Shown piece by piece: positions 1-9,325 of a stretch of DNA of 64,000 nt (its first letter is position 1; every line of letters starts with the position of its first letter). Below the pieces are notes generated by a model. That model was not told the DNA's origin. It was given only the letters and a program-made list of their open reading frames with translations, and did no database searches. The stretch is from an uncultured Actinomycetes bacterium (GTDB lineage: Bacteria; Actinomycetota; Thermoleophilia; Gaiellales; Gaiellaceae). Location: contig CAVPZH010000016.1 in the NCBI GenBank assembly GCA_963710125.1, forward strand, positions 72,915 through 136,914, written 5' to 3'. Position numbers and translations under genes: made by a program.

Positions 1-872
1 GGCTTCATCGTGATCGGCGCGGGCGTGCAGGCCGAGTGCTACAGCACCCCGTCGTACGCGATGGTCAACTCCGGCCCGCGCTACTCGAACGTCGGTGCGG
101 CGCAGGCTCTGATCAAGGCCGGCGCGAAGAAGCTCGCGATCGCGTCACCGGACACCATCTCCGCGTACGCGGACGGCGGCCCGGCGCTCGTCGCGAAGAA
201 GGCGGGCATTCCCGTCAAGATCTACCCGACGCACCTGCCGGTCACCGACGCGACGTCGCAGCTCATCCAGATGTACCAGTTCGTCGGGGACGGAGGGCGC
301 GATCCTGCTCGACTTCACGCCCGACACCGCGCCTGCGTTCATGAAGGCGGCCCAGCAGCAAGGGATCGTCGACAAGGTGCTGTGGGGCTCGTCGACCCCG
401 ATCGCGAACACGTTGATGTCGAGCCAGTTCTCCCCGGCGTTCGACGGGCGCCTGTGGATCGACAACGAGTTCTCGAACGTCGACCCGAAGGTCGGACCCG
501 ACTCGGCGCTGATGTTCTCGATCCTCAAGAAGTACTCGCCGAAGATCGCCCCGCAGGCGTTCGCGCAGATGGGCTTCCTCGCCGGGAAGTTCGCGACGAA
601 CGCGCTGCTGAGCATCAAGGGCCCCGATCACCGCGAAGACGTACAACGCCGCGGTGCGGAAGCTCAAGAACCAGAAGTCGGACATGCTGTGCAAGCCGTT
701 CTACGTCGGCGCGCTGCCGTTCCACATCCCGAACAACACGAACATCATCGTCGACTACAAGAACGGCAACGTCGTCGTGAAGAAGGGCTGCACGGCCTTC
801 CAGGCGGTGGACAAGGCCATCGCGCAGACGCGTGCGTTCGAGAAGAAGTTCAAGCTGAACACCGGCAAGTAG
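1..872 (+). pseudogene. Branched-chain amino-acid ABC transporter substrate-binding protein (LivJ/LivK-like). The 5' end lies outside the window, and the reading frame is broken by two +1 shifts.
   Basis: Three ORF pieces in frames 1, 2 and 3 read as one continuous periplasmic binding protein (..KKLAIASPDTISAYADGG.. then AILLDFTPDTAPAFMKAAQQQGIVDKVLWGSS.. then ITAKTYNAAVRKLKNQKSDMLCKPFYVG..). The shifts sit at a GGG run (295-297) and a CCCC run (622-625). The gene is followed by livHMGF-type genes. Confidence 0.7.
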
Positions 873-922
873 CCAGAGGCAACGAAATCGAGCGATGACG
901 ATCAGGGTGCCCGGAGGCATCG

Positions 923-1852
923 ATGGCTGACCTGCTCGCGGTGAGCGTGTTCGGCGTCGACTGGCAGTTCCTCAAGCCCTTCATCGTGATCGGCCTGGCG
1001 TTCGGGGGCGTGTACGCGCTCTCGGGCGTCGGGCTGGTCGTGCTGTACCGGGCAACCGGAGTGCTGAACCTCGCGTTCGGCGCCATCGGAGCCGCGGGCG
1101 CCCTGATCGCCTACTACCTGATCAACCACACGAGCTGCCCCCAGTGGCTCGCGTTCACGGTCTGCGTCCTGTTCGGGGGCGTCCTGAACCTCGCCTACGG
1201 GGTGATCTTCGGCCCCGCCTTCGCACGGCGCGACCCGCTCGTGAAGATGATGGGCACGCTCGCCCTGGCGCTGATCCTGCTGGGCGTGATGGGCTGGCGG
1301 GCACCGGCCGGTGGCGCCTTCGCCCGCTTCCTCCCCCTGCCCAGCTCCGAGCACCACTACTTCATCGCGGGCACGTCCGTGAACCTCACCCAGATCATCT
1401 CGATCGCCGTCGCGCTCGTGCTCACGGCCGGAGTGACGATCTTCCTGCGCCTCACCCGCCTCGGGACCGCGATGCGGGCGCTCGCGAACGACCGCGAGAT
1501 CAGCGCGACGCTCGGCGTGCCGGTGCGGCGCGTCGAGGCCGTCGCCTGGTTCGGCTCGGGCCTCGCCTGCGGGGCAGCCGGCCTCCTCCTGCCCGACCTG
1601 CTCACGTCGCTCGACTACGCGGCGCTCACGTTCCTCGTCATCGCCTCGCTCGCAGCGGCACTGATCGGCCGCCTGCGCTCGCTGTGGGCGACGTTCTTCG
1701 GCGGTATGGCGGTCGGCCTGGCCCAGGCGGTCCTGACCCCGTACGCGTCCCTCTCGGCCTACCGCCAGGCGGCGCCGTTCGTGCTCGCGATCATCGCGCT
1801 GCTCGTGCTCTCCCGCCATCGCGTCGTCACGATCTCGCGGACCGCGAACTGA
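923..1852 (+). CDS. livH: Branched-chain amino-acid ABC transporter permease (LivH type)
   Basis: 309-aa polytopic membrane protein with an N-terminus typical of the family (FLKPFIVIGLAFGGVYALSGVGLVVLYRATGVLNLAFG). It lies in operon context with LivM/G/F-type genes. Confidence 0.9.
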   Translation: MADLLAVSVFGVDWQFLKPFIVIGLAFGGVYALSGVGLVVLYRATGVLNLAFGAIGAAGALIAYYLINHTSCPQWLAFTVCVLFGGVLNLAYGVIFGPAFARRDPLVKMMGTLALALILLGVMGWRAPAGGAFARFLPLPSSEHHYFIAGTSVNLTQIISIAVALVLTAGVTIFLRLTRLGTAMRALANDREISATLGVPVRRVEAVAWFGSGLACGAAGLLLPDLLTSLDYAALTFLVIASLAAALIGRLRSLWATFFGGMAVGLAQAVLTPYASLSAYRQAAPFVLAIIALLVLSRHRVVTISRTAN

Positions 1853-1856
1853 CGGC

Positions 1857-2945
1857 GTGAGCACGGCTCCCGCAGCGACATCGGACGCCGGCACCCGCGC
1901 CCGCTTCGGCGTGGAGCCGGGCGTGGCGGTCCGCGCCGTGGTGATAGCCGGGCTGCTCCTGTTCGTGCTCATTCCCGTGCCGTCGCTCGTCGGCTCGGAC
2001 TGGCTGACGACGTTCGCGAGCACCTCGATCTACGCGATCGTCGCGCTCGGGTTCGGGATCCTGTACGGGCGAGTCGGGATGATCTCGCTCGGCCAGGTCG
2101 CGCTCCTCTCGGTCGGCGTCTGGATCGGAGCGCGCCTCGCGTACGGCACCGGCATGCCGTACCCGCTCCTCCTCCTCGCCACGGGTGCGCTCACGTGCGT
2201 GATCGGCACGCTCGTGGGGCTGCCGTCACTGCGGCTCTCGGGTCTCTACCTCGCGCTGATCACGCTCATGTTCGCGGGCGCAACCACGATCGTGCTGTCG
2301 GTGACCGACTTTCCGAACGGAGGCGGCGGGTTCAAGGGCAGGTCCGCGACCGGCGCGCTGACGACGGAGACTCCCCCCGTCCGGCGGCCGTCGATCGCCG
2401 AGGGGGACGTCGCGTTCTACCGCTACATCGTCGTCGTCGCCGCGATCATGTTCCTGCTCGCCCTGCTCCACGTCGCGACGAAGCCCGGACGGGCGTGGGC
2501 GTCGATCCGCGAGAGCGAGCCGGCCGCGTTGGCCGCCGGCGTGAACATCACCTTCTACAAGATGTGGGCCTTCGCGCTCGCGTCCTTCATGACCGGGGTC
2601 GCGGGCTGCCTCTTCGCGTCGCAGGTAGGCGTGCCACGTGCGATCACGTTCCGCACGCAGGACTCTCTGACTCTGGCGGCGACCGCGCTCATCGGCGGGA
2701 TCTTCAGCATCTGGGGCGCGATCGTCGCGGCGGTCTTCAACCAGGTGCTCCCGTTCCTCTTCCAGGCGCAGTGGGGGATCAACACGAACTTCCTGCTGAT
2801 CATCTTCGGCGTCGGGCTGCTGCAGGTGCTGCTGACGGCGCCGGGGGGGCTGGCACAGCAGTTCCCACGCGACATGGCGAACCTCGGGAGGCTCGTGTGG
2901 CGCGGCCTCCGGTCGCTTCGTCCGTCCCGGAAGAGCGACCCGTGA
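1857..2945 (+). CDS. livM: Branched-chain amino-acid ABC transporter permease (LivM type)
   Basis: 362-aa membrane protein starting at a GTG 5 nt after the livH stop. It shows LivM-like blocks (GMISLGQVALLSVGVW.., LRLSGLYLALITLMF). Confidence 0.9.
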   Translation: MSTAPAATSDAGTRARFGVEPGVAVRAVVIAGLLLFVLIPVPSLVGSDWLTTFASTSIYAIVALGFGILYGRVGMISLGQVALLSVGVWIGARLAYGTGMPYPLLLLATGALTCVIGTLVGLPSLRLSGLYLALITLMFAGATTIVLSVTDFPNGGGGFKGRSATGALTTETPPVRRPSIAEGDVAFYRYIVVVAAIMFLLALLHVATKPGRAWASIRESEPAALAAGVNITFYKMWAFALASFMTGVAGCLFASQVGVPRAITFRTQDSLTLAATALIGGIFSIWGAIVAAVFNQVLPFLFQAQWGINTNFLLIIFGVGLLQVLLTAPGGLAQQFPRDMANLGRLVWRGLRSLRPSRKSDP

Positions 2946-3655
2946 TCGACGTCTCCGGCCTCACGGTCCGCTTCTCGGGCATCACCCCGATCGACGACGT
3001 CAGCCTCGTGTTCCCCGTCGGCACGTGCGGCCTGATCGGGCCGAACGGCGCCGGCAAGACGACGTTCTTCAACGTGCTCAGCGGGTTCGTCAAGCCCGCC
3101 GCGGGCACGATCTCGGCCTTCGGCGAGGACCTGCTGAAGATGGCGGACTTCCGGCGGGCGCGCTGGGGCCTGCGCCGCACGTTCCAAACGGAGATGGCGA
3201 TCGAGCAGCTCTCGGTGTACGACAACGTCGCGATGATCCACGAGCACTCCGGCGCGAAGCGCTCCACGCGTCGTGCCGACGTGCACGCGGCGCTCGAGTT
3301 CGTCGGGCTGACGATGCCCCCGAAGACGAAGGTCGGGACGCTGAACGCACGCGAACGGCGACTCGTCGAGGTCGCGCGCGCGGTCGTCGGGCGGCCCAGG
3401 CTCGTGCTGCTCGACGAGCCCGCCGCCGGGCTGCCCGACGAGGAGACGGACCACCTCTCGCAGGTGATCCGCAAGATTCCCGACGCCTTCGGCGCGCTCA
3501 CGATCCTCGTCGACCACGACATGAGCCTCGTCTCGAGCTGTTGCTCGACCACCGCGGTGCTCGACTTCGGCAAGCTGATCGCGCTCGGCCCGACCGCCGA
3601 GGTGCTTCGCGACGAGCAGGTGCTCAGGGCGTACCTCGGCACCGAGGAGGTCTAG
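2942..3655 (+). CDS. livG: ABC transporter ATP-binding protein (LivG type)
   Basis: The GTG at 2942 overlaps the livM stop (GTGA). It has a Walker A motif (GPNGAGKTT) and a Walker B motif (LVLLDEPAAGL). Confidence 0.9.
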   Translation: MIDVSGLTVRFSGITPIDDVSLVFPVGTCGLIGPNGAGKTTFFNVLSGFVKPAAGTISAFGEDLLKMADFRRARWGLRRTFQTEMAIEQLSVYDNVAMIHEHSGAKRSTRRADVHAALEFVGLTMPPKTKVGTLNARERRLVEVARAVVGRPRLVLLDEPAAGLPDEETDHLSQVIRKIPDAFGALTILVDHDMSLVSSCCSTTAVLDFGKLIALGPTAEVLRDEQVLRAYLGTEEV

Positions 3656-4440
3656 TGAGCGCCACGCCCGAACCCGCCCCCCGTGCGAGCGAGGCACCGG
3701 CGCTGCAGCTCGAGGGGCTCTGCGTCTCGCGCGGCCGGCCGGTCGTGCAGGACGTCTCGCTCGACATCCCGGCCCATGCGATCACCGCGCTGCTCGGCCC
3801 GAACGGCGCGGGCAAGTCGTCGCTCGTGCTCGCGGTCGGCGGCGTCCTCCGCCCCACCGCCGGCCGTGTCCTGGTCGGCGACGTCGACCTCGCGCGCCGG
3901 CGGCCGGAGGCGATCCGGAAGGCCGGCGTCGCGATCGTGCCGGAGGGCCGGCGCCTGCTCGGCGAGCTCACGGTCGAGGACAACCTCCGCGTCGCGACGT
4001 ACGCGCTCGGGCGCGCGCAGGCCCGTGACGGGCTCGACTACGCGCTCGAGCTGTTCCCGGCGCTCGAGCGGCGCTGGAAGGCGTCCGCGCGCGCGCTCTC
4101 GGGCGGGGAGCAGCAGATGGTCGTCCTCGCGCAGGCGCTCGTCTCCCAACCGCGCTTCATCCTCGTCGACGAGCTCTCCCTCGGGCTCGCGCCCCTCATC
4201 GTGAAGCGACTGATTCCCACGCTCGAGGCCGTCGCCGCCACCGGCGTCGGGATCCTCCTGATCGAGCAGTTCGCGAACGTCGCGCTCGCCGTCGCGGAGA
4301 CCGCCTACGTGCTCGAGGGCGGGCGGATCCGCGACCACGGCACCGCGCAGGAGCTGCGCGACCAGCCGGAGCGGCTCCACTCGGCGTACCTGCTCCGCGA
4401 GCACGAGCCGACGACCATCCGGCCGGCGGAGCCGGAGTGA
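3655..4440 (+). CDS. livF: ABC transporter ATP-binding protein (LivF type)
   Basis: The GTG at 3655 overlaps the livG TAG. It has Walker A (GPNGAGKSS), the ABC signature (LSGGEQQ) and Walker B (FILVDELSLGL). Confidence 0.9.
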   Translation: MSATPEPAPRASEAPALQLEGLCVSRGRPVVQDVSLDIPAHAITALLGPNGAGKSSLVLAVGGVLRPTAGRVLVGDVDLARRRPEAIRKAGVAIVPEGRRLLGELTVEDNLRVATYALGRAQARDGLDYALELFPALERRWKASARALSGGEQQMVVLAQALVSQPRFILVDELSLGLAPLIVKRLIPTLEAVAATGVGILLIEQFANVALAVAETAYVLEGGRIRDHGTAQELRDQPERLHSAYLLREHEPTTIRPAEPE

Positions 4441-4559
4441 CCCTGGCCGCCCTCGTGACCCACGAGTTCCCGCTGGAGCGCGCTCCGGATGCGATCGCGT
4501 ACGCGATCGAGCATCCTGCCGAGGTGATGAAGGCAGTGATCCGACTGGAGGCGCCGTGA
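4437..4559 (+). pseudogene. C-terminal remnant (about 40 codons) of a medium-chain zinc-type alcohol/threonine dehydrogenase
   Basis: The reading VTLAALVTHEFPLERAPDAIAYAIEHPAEVMKAVIRLEAP* resembles only the extreme C-terminus of MDR dehydrogenases. No gene body lies upstream, because its 5' end runs into livF. Its stop overlaps the next gene start (GTGA at 4556-4559). Confidence 0.45.
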
Positions 4560-4936
4560 CCACCCTCCGCACGCTCGACCCCGAGCGGGCCGAGGCCGTC
4601 GAGGCCCTCTGCGAGCTGATCGTGCCCGGGTCGAGCGGCGTCGGCCCGGTCGTGTACGTCGACGCTCTCCTGAGCGGGATGCCCGCACCGGTCCGCGACG
4701 GAGCGCTCGCGGCGATCGACGCGCTCGCGCCCGCGGCGCGCCGCGGTGTCGACGCGCTCGCCGAGCAGGAGCGGACGCCGGAGTTCGCGTTCGTCCGCGC
4801 GCTCGCGATCGAGGCGTACTACAGCGACTTCGTCGCGCCCGGCAGGGACGCGCCGGGCGCGTGGTCGGAGATCGACTTCAACTCGCCCCTCGCGCTGCGC
4901 CTGCGCAAGGACTGGTCGTACCTGGGGATCGCGTGA
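4556..4936 (+). CDS. Gluconate 2-dehydrogenase subunit-3-like small subunit of a GMC oxidoreductase
   Basis: 126 aa ending ..AIEAYYSDFVAPGRDAPGAWSEIDF.., which is typical of this small-subunit family. Its stop overlaps the GTG of the following GMC gene. Confidence 0.8.
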   Translation: MTTLRTLDPERAEAVEALCELIVPGSSGVGPVVYVDALLSGMPAPVRDGALAAIDALAPAARRGVDALAEQERTPEFAFVRALAIEAYYSDFVAPGRDAPGAWSEIDFNSPLALRLRKDWSYLGIA

Positions 4937-6399
4937 GGAGCGAGTTCGACGTCGTCGTGGTCGGCTCCGGCGCGGGCGGCGGGGTGGTCGCCTCGGAGCT
5001 CGCGCAGCGCGGCCGGGACGTGCTCCTCCTCGAGGCCGGCCCCCACCTGACCGCCGCCGATTTCGTGCGCTGGGAGGCGAAGGCGACACACGACTTCTGG
5101 TGGCCGCTGCGGCTCGCGCCCCTGGCGGGCGGCGAGGCGCTGGCGTTCCTCGGCGGCCGCTGCGTCGGGGGCACGACCACGATCAACACCAAGGTCGCGC
5201 TGCGCGCCCACGAGCGCGACGTCGCGAAGTGGCACGCCGCGACGGGACTGACGAGCGACGGGACGACGCCGTTCGCCGCCCGCGACCTCGACCCCTACTA
5301 CGACCGCGTCGAGGCAGTGCTCGGCGTGCGCGAGCGCCGCGACTGGCAGAAGAGCGTCCACACGGTCGAGCCGGGGTTCCGGTCGCTCGGCGCCGAGCTC
5401 GAGCCCGTCCGCTCGTACACCGACGCGAACTGCATGAGCTGCGGCTCGTGCCTGCAGGGCTGCTCGACGAACGCCGGCAAGTCGACGATGAACACCTACA
5501 TCCACGACGCGTGCGCCGCCGGGCTGCTCGAGCTCCGCGCGCACGCCACGGTGGAGCGCGTGGTGATCGAGGACGCCGCGGACGGGATGCGGGCCACCGG
5601 GGTCGAGTACGTCGACGGCGACGGCGCACGCGTCGCGGTCGACGCGCGGGTCGTCGTCGTCGCCGGCGGCGCGCTCAACACGCCGCAACTGCTCGTCCGC
5701 TCGGGGCTGGGCGGCTCGGGCCACGCGTCCCCCAGCACGGCGGCGATCGGGCGCCACCTCGGGGTGCACCCCGTCCGCCTCGTCTACGGCCTCTTCGACG
5801 AGCCGCAGGACGCGCACATGGTCTACCCGATCACCGCGCACTGCATGGACCACCAGCACGACGAGGACGGAGGGTTCGTGATCGAGGCCACGACGATCCA
5901 GGATCCGATCGCGTTCGCGACGACGCTCTGCGACGAGCAGGGACCGCTGTGGGGGACTCGGCTCGTCGAGGCGGTGCGGTCGTTCCGCCGCTGGATCGGC
6001 CTGCTCGCGATGGCGAACGACGACAACAATGCCGCGGTCGTCGTCGAGGAAGACGGCGGCGAGCGGTTCGACGTCGAGTTCACCGCGGCCGACCTCGAGC
6101 GGATCGAGAGCGGGCTCCGCTTCAGCCGCGAGGTGCTCGAGGCGGCAGGCGCCACGCAGGTCTACTGGTCGGCGCTCGCGTCGACCCACGTCCAGGGCAC
6201 CTGCCGCATGGGGGACGACCCGGCGCAGTCGGTCGTCGACCGCAACGGCGAGTCCCACGACGTGAAGCGCCTCTTCGTCGGCGACGCGTCGCTCGTGCCG
6301 CGCACGCTTTCGGTCAACCCGTCGTTGACGATCATGGCGCTCGCGACCCGGCTCGCAGAGCACCTCGACGCCGACCCGGCCGGCTACCTGGCGGCGTAG
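4933..6399 (+). CDS. GMC-family FAD-dependent oxidoreductase
   Basis: N-terminal FAD fold FDVVVVGSGAGGGVVASELAQRGRDVLLLEAG and C-terminal GMC blocks (..HVQGTCRMGDDP.., ..LFVGDASLVP..). The GTG at 4933 overlaps the upstream stop. Confidence 0.9.
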   Translation: MRSEFDVVVVGSGAGGGVVASELAQRGRDVLLLEAGPHLTAADFVRWEAKATHDFWWPLRLAPLAGGEALAFLGGRCVGGTTTINTKVALRAHERDVAKWHAATGLTSDGTTPFAARDLDPYYDRVEAVLGVRERRDWQKSVHTVEPGFRSLGAELEPVRSYTDANCMSCGSCLQGCSTNAGKSTMNTYIHDACAAGLLELRAHATVERVVIEDAADGMRATGVEYVDGDGARVAVDARVVVVAGGALNTPQLLVRSGLGGSGHASPSTAAIGRHLGVHPVRLVYGLFDEPQDAHMVYPITAHCMDHQHDEDGGFVIEATTIQDPIAFATTLCDEQGPLWGTRLVEAVRSFRRWIGLLAMANDDNNAAVVVEEDGGERFDVEFTAADLERIESGLRFSREVLEAAGATQVYWSALASTHVQGTCRMGDDPAQSVVDRNGESHDVKRLFVGDASLVPRTLSVNPSLTIMALATRLAEHLDADPAGYLAA

Positions 6400-6414
6400 G
6401 CGGCGCGGGCGGAC

Positions 6415-7245
6415 ATGATGGACGCCGGCAGCGTCTACCAGCGCCTCTTCGACGTCCGCGACGCCCGCATCGTCGTCACCGGGGCCGCCAGCGGCCTCGG
6501 GTTCGCGATGGCCGAGGTGCTCGCCGAGTGCGGCGCGCGCGTGACGCTCGCCGACGTCGACGTCGCGCGGCTCGAGTCGTCGACCGCGTCGCTCGCCGAG
6601 CGGGGGCTGGACGCGCGCTCGGTCGTCGTCGACGTGTCGGACGAGGCGAGCGTGGAGGCGCTCGTCGAGGACGTCGTCGCGACCGAGGGACGCCTCGACG
6701 TCGTGTTCGCCAACGCCGGGATCGCCTCCCGGCCGGGGTTCGGCGTCGAGGGCGGGCAGCGGCTCGACACGGTCGAGCGCTCCGACTGGGACCGGGTGCT
6801 GGGCGTGAACCTGAACGGCGTCCTCTTCACGCTCAAGCACGCCGCCGCCGCGATGCGACGTCAGGGGTCGGGCCGGATCGTCGTGACGTCCTCCAACGCC
6901 GGCCTGCGCCCGGAGCCGGAGGTCTGCTACGGGTACGTCGCCAGCAAGGCCGCGATCCTCAACGTCGTCCGCATGGCGGCGCTCGAGCTCGCGCCGCACG
7001 GCGTGCTCGTCAACGCGATCTGCCCGGGCCCGTTCAAGGGGACGAGGATCGGAGGCGGCGTGACGGAGGATCCGACGCCGGAGCTGGAGCACATGTGGGC
7101 GAGGACGGTTCCGCTCGGGCGCATGGCGGAGCCCGACGAGCTCAAGGGGCTCGTCCTGTTGCTCGCGTCGCCCGCCTCGAGCTTCATGACCGGGGCCGCG
7201 TACCTGGTCGACGGAGGCACGCTCGTGCTCGCCGGCAGTACGTGA
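6415..7245 (+). CDS. SDR-family short-chain dehydrogenase/reductase
   Basis: TGAASGLG cofactor motif, NAG motif, and YVASKAA catalytic Tyr/Lys block. Confidence 0.9.
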   Translation: MMDAGSVYQRLFDVRDARIVVTGAASGLGFAMAEVLAECGARVTLADVDVARLESSTASLAERGLDARSVVVDVSDEASVEALVEDVVATEGRLDVVFANAGIASRPGFGVEGGQRLDTVERSDWDRVLGVNLNGVLFTLKHAAAAMRRQGSGRIVVTSSNAGLRPEPEVCYGYVASKAAILNVVRMAALELAPHGVLVNAICPGPFKGTRIGGGVTEDPTPELEHMWARTVPLGRMAEPDELKGLVLLLASPASSFMTGAAYLVDGGTLVLAGST

Positions 7246-7333
7246 ACGGGCTTCCGGAGACGCCCCGCCGGCGCACGAAACTCGTTCGCGGACGGACAAG
7301 ATCGCGGTCGGGGGAGGCAGTAGGATCGCGGCG

Positions 7334-9325
7334 ATGCGCTCCCTGACGGACGGCACGCTCGCCCGGGGGGACGTCCTGTGGTCGCCGCCCGCGGACGCGC
7401 GGGAGCGGACCGAGCTCGGCCGCTACCTCGCGTGGCTCGACTCGGAGCGGAGCCTCGCGTTCCCCGACTACGGCGAGCTCTGGCGCTGGTCGGTCACCGA
7501 TCTCGAGGGCTTCTGGGCGTCGATCTGGGACTACTTCGAGATCCGCGCCCACGCGCCCTACGAGCGCGTGCTCGGCTCGCGCGAGATGCCGGGGGCGGAG
7601 TGGTTCCCGGGCGCCCTCCTCAACTACGCGGAGCACATGCTCGGGCGCGAGGGGGACGCCGACGCGGTCGCGGTCGTCGCGGTCTCCCAGACGCGCGAGC
7701 CGTTCGACCTGACGTTCGGCGAGCTCCGCGAGCAGGTGGCGCGGGCGCGGGCCGGGTTGCAGCGACTCGGCGTCGGCCCCGGCGACCGTGTGGTCGCGTA
7801 CCTCCCGAACGTCCCCGAGACCCTGGTGGCGTTCCTCGCGACCGCGAGCCTCGGGGCGATCTGGGCGACGTGCCCGCCCGAGTTCGGCGTCCGCAGCGTC
7901 CTGCACCGGCTCGGCCAGCTCCGGCCGAAGGTCCTGCTCGCGGTGGCCGGGTACCGCTACGGCGACAAGCACGTCGACCGCCGCGAGCAGGTCGCCGAGG
8001 TGCGCGCGGGCCTGCCGAGCCTCGAGGCGGTCGTGCACGTGCCGTACGCGAACGGTGCCGACGACGTGCTGCCGCACACCGTCCCGTGGGAGGAGCTGAC
8101 GCGCGAGCCGGGCGAGCTCGCCTTCGCGTCGCTCCCGTTCGCGCACCCCCTCTGCGTGCTGTTCTCCTCCGGCACGACGGGACTGCCGAAGGCGATCGTG
8201 CACTGCCACGGCGGGATCCTCCTCGAGCACCTGAAGAACCACGCGTTCAGCTGGGACCTGCGCCCCGGCGACCGGCTCCAGTGGTTCACGACGACGGCTT
8301 GGATGATGTGGAACGCGCTCGTCTCGACGCTCCTGCTGCGCGCGTCGATCGTGATGATCGACGGCAACCCCGCCTACCCCGACCTCGCCTTCCAGTGGGA
8401 GCTCGCCGAGCGGACGAGGCCGACGTTCTTCGGCCTCAGCCCGGCGTTCACGATGGCGTGCCGCAAGGCGGACGTCGAGCCGGGCCGGCGCTTCGACCTC
8501 ACGTCGATCCGCATGGTCTGCGAGGCCGGCTCGCCGCTCCCGCTCGAGGCGTACGAGTGGCTGTACCGCCAGCTCGGCCCGGACGTCTACCTGAACGTCG
8601 GCAGCGGCGGCACCGACGTCTGCACCGGGCTTGTCCAGGGGTATCCGCTCCTGCCCGTCTACGCGGGCGAGATGTCCGCGCCGTGCCTCGGCGTCGACGC
8701 GGCGGCGTACGGCCCGGATGGGTCGCCGGTCGTCGGGGAGCTCGGCGAGCTCGTCATCCGCCAGCCGATGCCGTCGATGCCGGTCGCGTTCTGGGACGAC
8801 CCCGACGGCACGCGCTACCGCGAGGCGTACTTCGAGCACTTCCCGGGGGTCTGGCGGTTCGGCGACTGGATCCTGTTCACGGAGCGCGGCAGCTCCGTCA
8901 TCACGGGCCGGTCCGACGCGACGCTGAACCGCGGCGGCGTCCGGCTCGGCACGAGCGAGATCGACTCGGTCGTCGAGGAGCTCGACGACGTGCTCGACAG
9001 CCTCGTCGTACACCTCGAGGAGCAGGACGAGCTCCTCCTGTTCGTCGTGCTCCGCCCCGGGCTCGAGCTCGATGCCGATCTGGAGGGCGCGATCAAGGAG
9101 GCGCTGCGCACATCGCTCTCGCCCCGCCATGCACCTGACGCGATCGTGGCCGTGCCCGCGATCCCGCGCACGCTCACGGGGAAGAAGCTGGAGGTTCCCG
9201 TGAAGCGGATCCTGACCGGCGCGGCGGTGTCGGACGTCGCCGCGAGCGACGCGCTCGTCGACCCCTCGGCGATCGAGCCGTTCGCCGAGTACGCTCGCAC
9301 CAGGGCCGCCACGGCGCGGGCGTGA
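7334..9325 (+). CDS. Acetoacetate-CoA ligase (acetoacetyl-CoA synthetase type)
   Basis: 663 aa with the family-typical N-terminus (..LWSPP..ELGRYLAWL....F.DYGELWRWSV.DLEGFW.SIWDYF..) and the AMP-binding motif SSGTTGLPKAIVH. Confidence 0.9.
   Translation: MRSLTDGTLARGDVLWSPPADARERTELGRYLAWLDSERSLAFPDYGELWRWSVTDLEGFWASIWDYFEIRAHAPYERVLGSREMPGAEWFPGALLNYAEHMLGREGDADAVAVVAVSQTREPFDLTFGELREQVARARAGLQRLGVGPGDRVVAYLPNVPETLVAFLATASLGAIWATCPPEFGVRSVLHRLGQLRPKVLLAVAGYRYGDKHVDRREQVAEVRAGLPSLEAVVHVPYANGADDVLPHTVPWEELTREPGELAFASLPFAHPLCVLFSSGTTGLPKAIVHCHGGILLEHLKNHAFSWDLRPGDRLQWFTTTAWMMWNALVSTLLLRASIVMIDGNPAYPDLAFQWELAERTRPTFFGLSPAFTMACRKADVEPGRRFDLTSIRMVCEAGSPLPLEAYEWLYRQLGPDVYLNVGSGGTDVCTGLVQGYPLLPVYAGEMSAPCLGVDAAAYGPDGSPVVGELGELVIRQPMPSMPVAFWDDPDGTRYREAYFEHFPGVWRFGDWILFTERGSSVITGRSDATLNRGGVRLGTSEIDSVVEELDDVLDSLVVHLEEQDELLLFVVLRPGLELDADLEGAIKEALRTSLSPRHAPDAIVAVPAIPRTLTGKKLEVPVKRILTGAAVSDVAASDALVDPSAIEPFAEYARTRAATARA

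Noticed and set aside
4746-7356. Very long ORFs on both strands (866 aa on plus, 845 aa on minus) spanning the GMC oxidoreductase and SDR genes
   Set aside because: Their composition is dominated by Arg/Gly/Pro/Ala with no recognisable motifs. They overlap two genes that have clear FAD/NAD motifs. These are typical out-of-frame or antisense open frames of about 70% GC DNA. The same reasoning applies to 7184..9382(-), 7378..9138(+), 11717..13564(-), 17096..18835(-), 22046..23608(-), 25119..27236(-), 36625..38424(-), 45240..46685(-) and many others.
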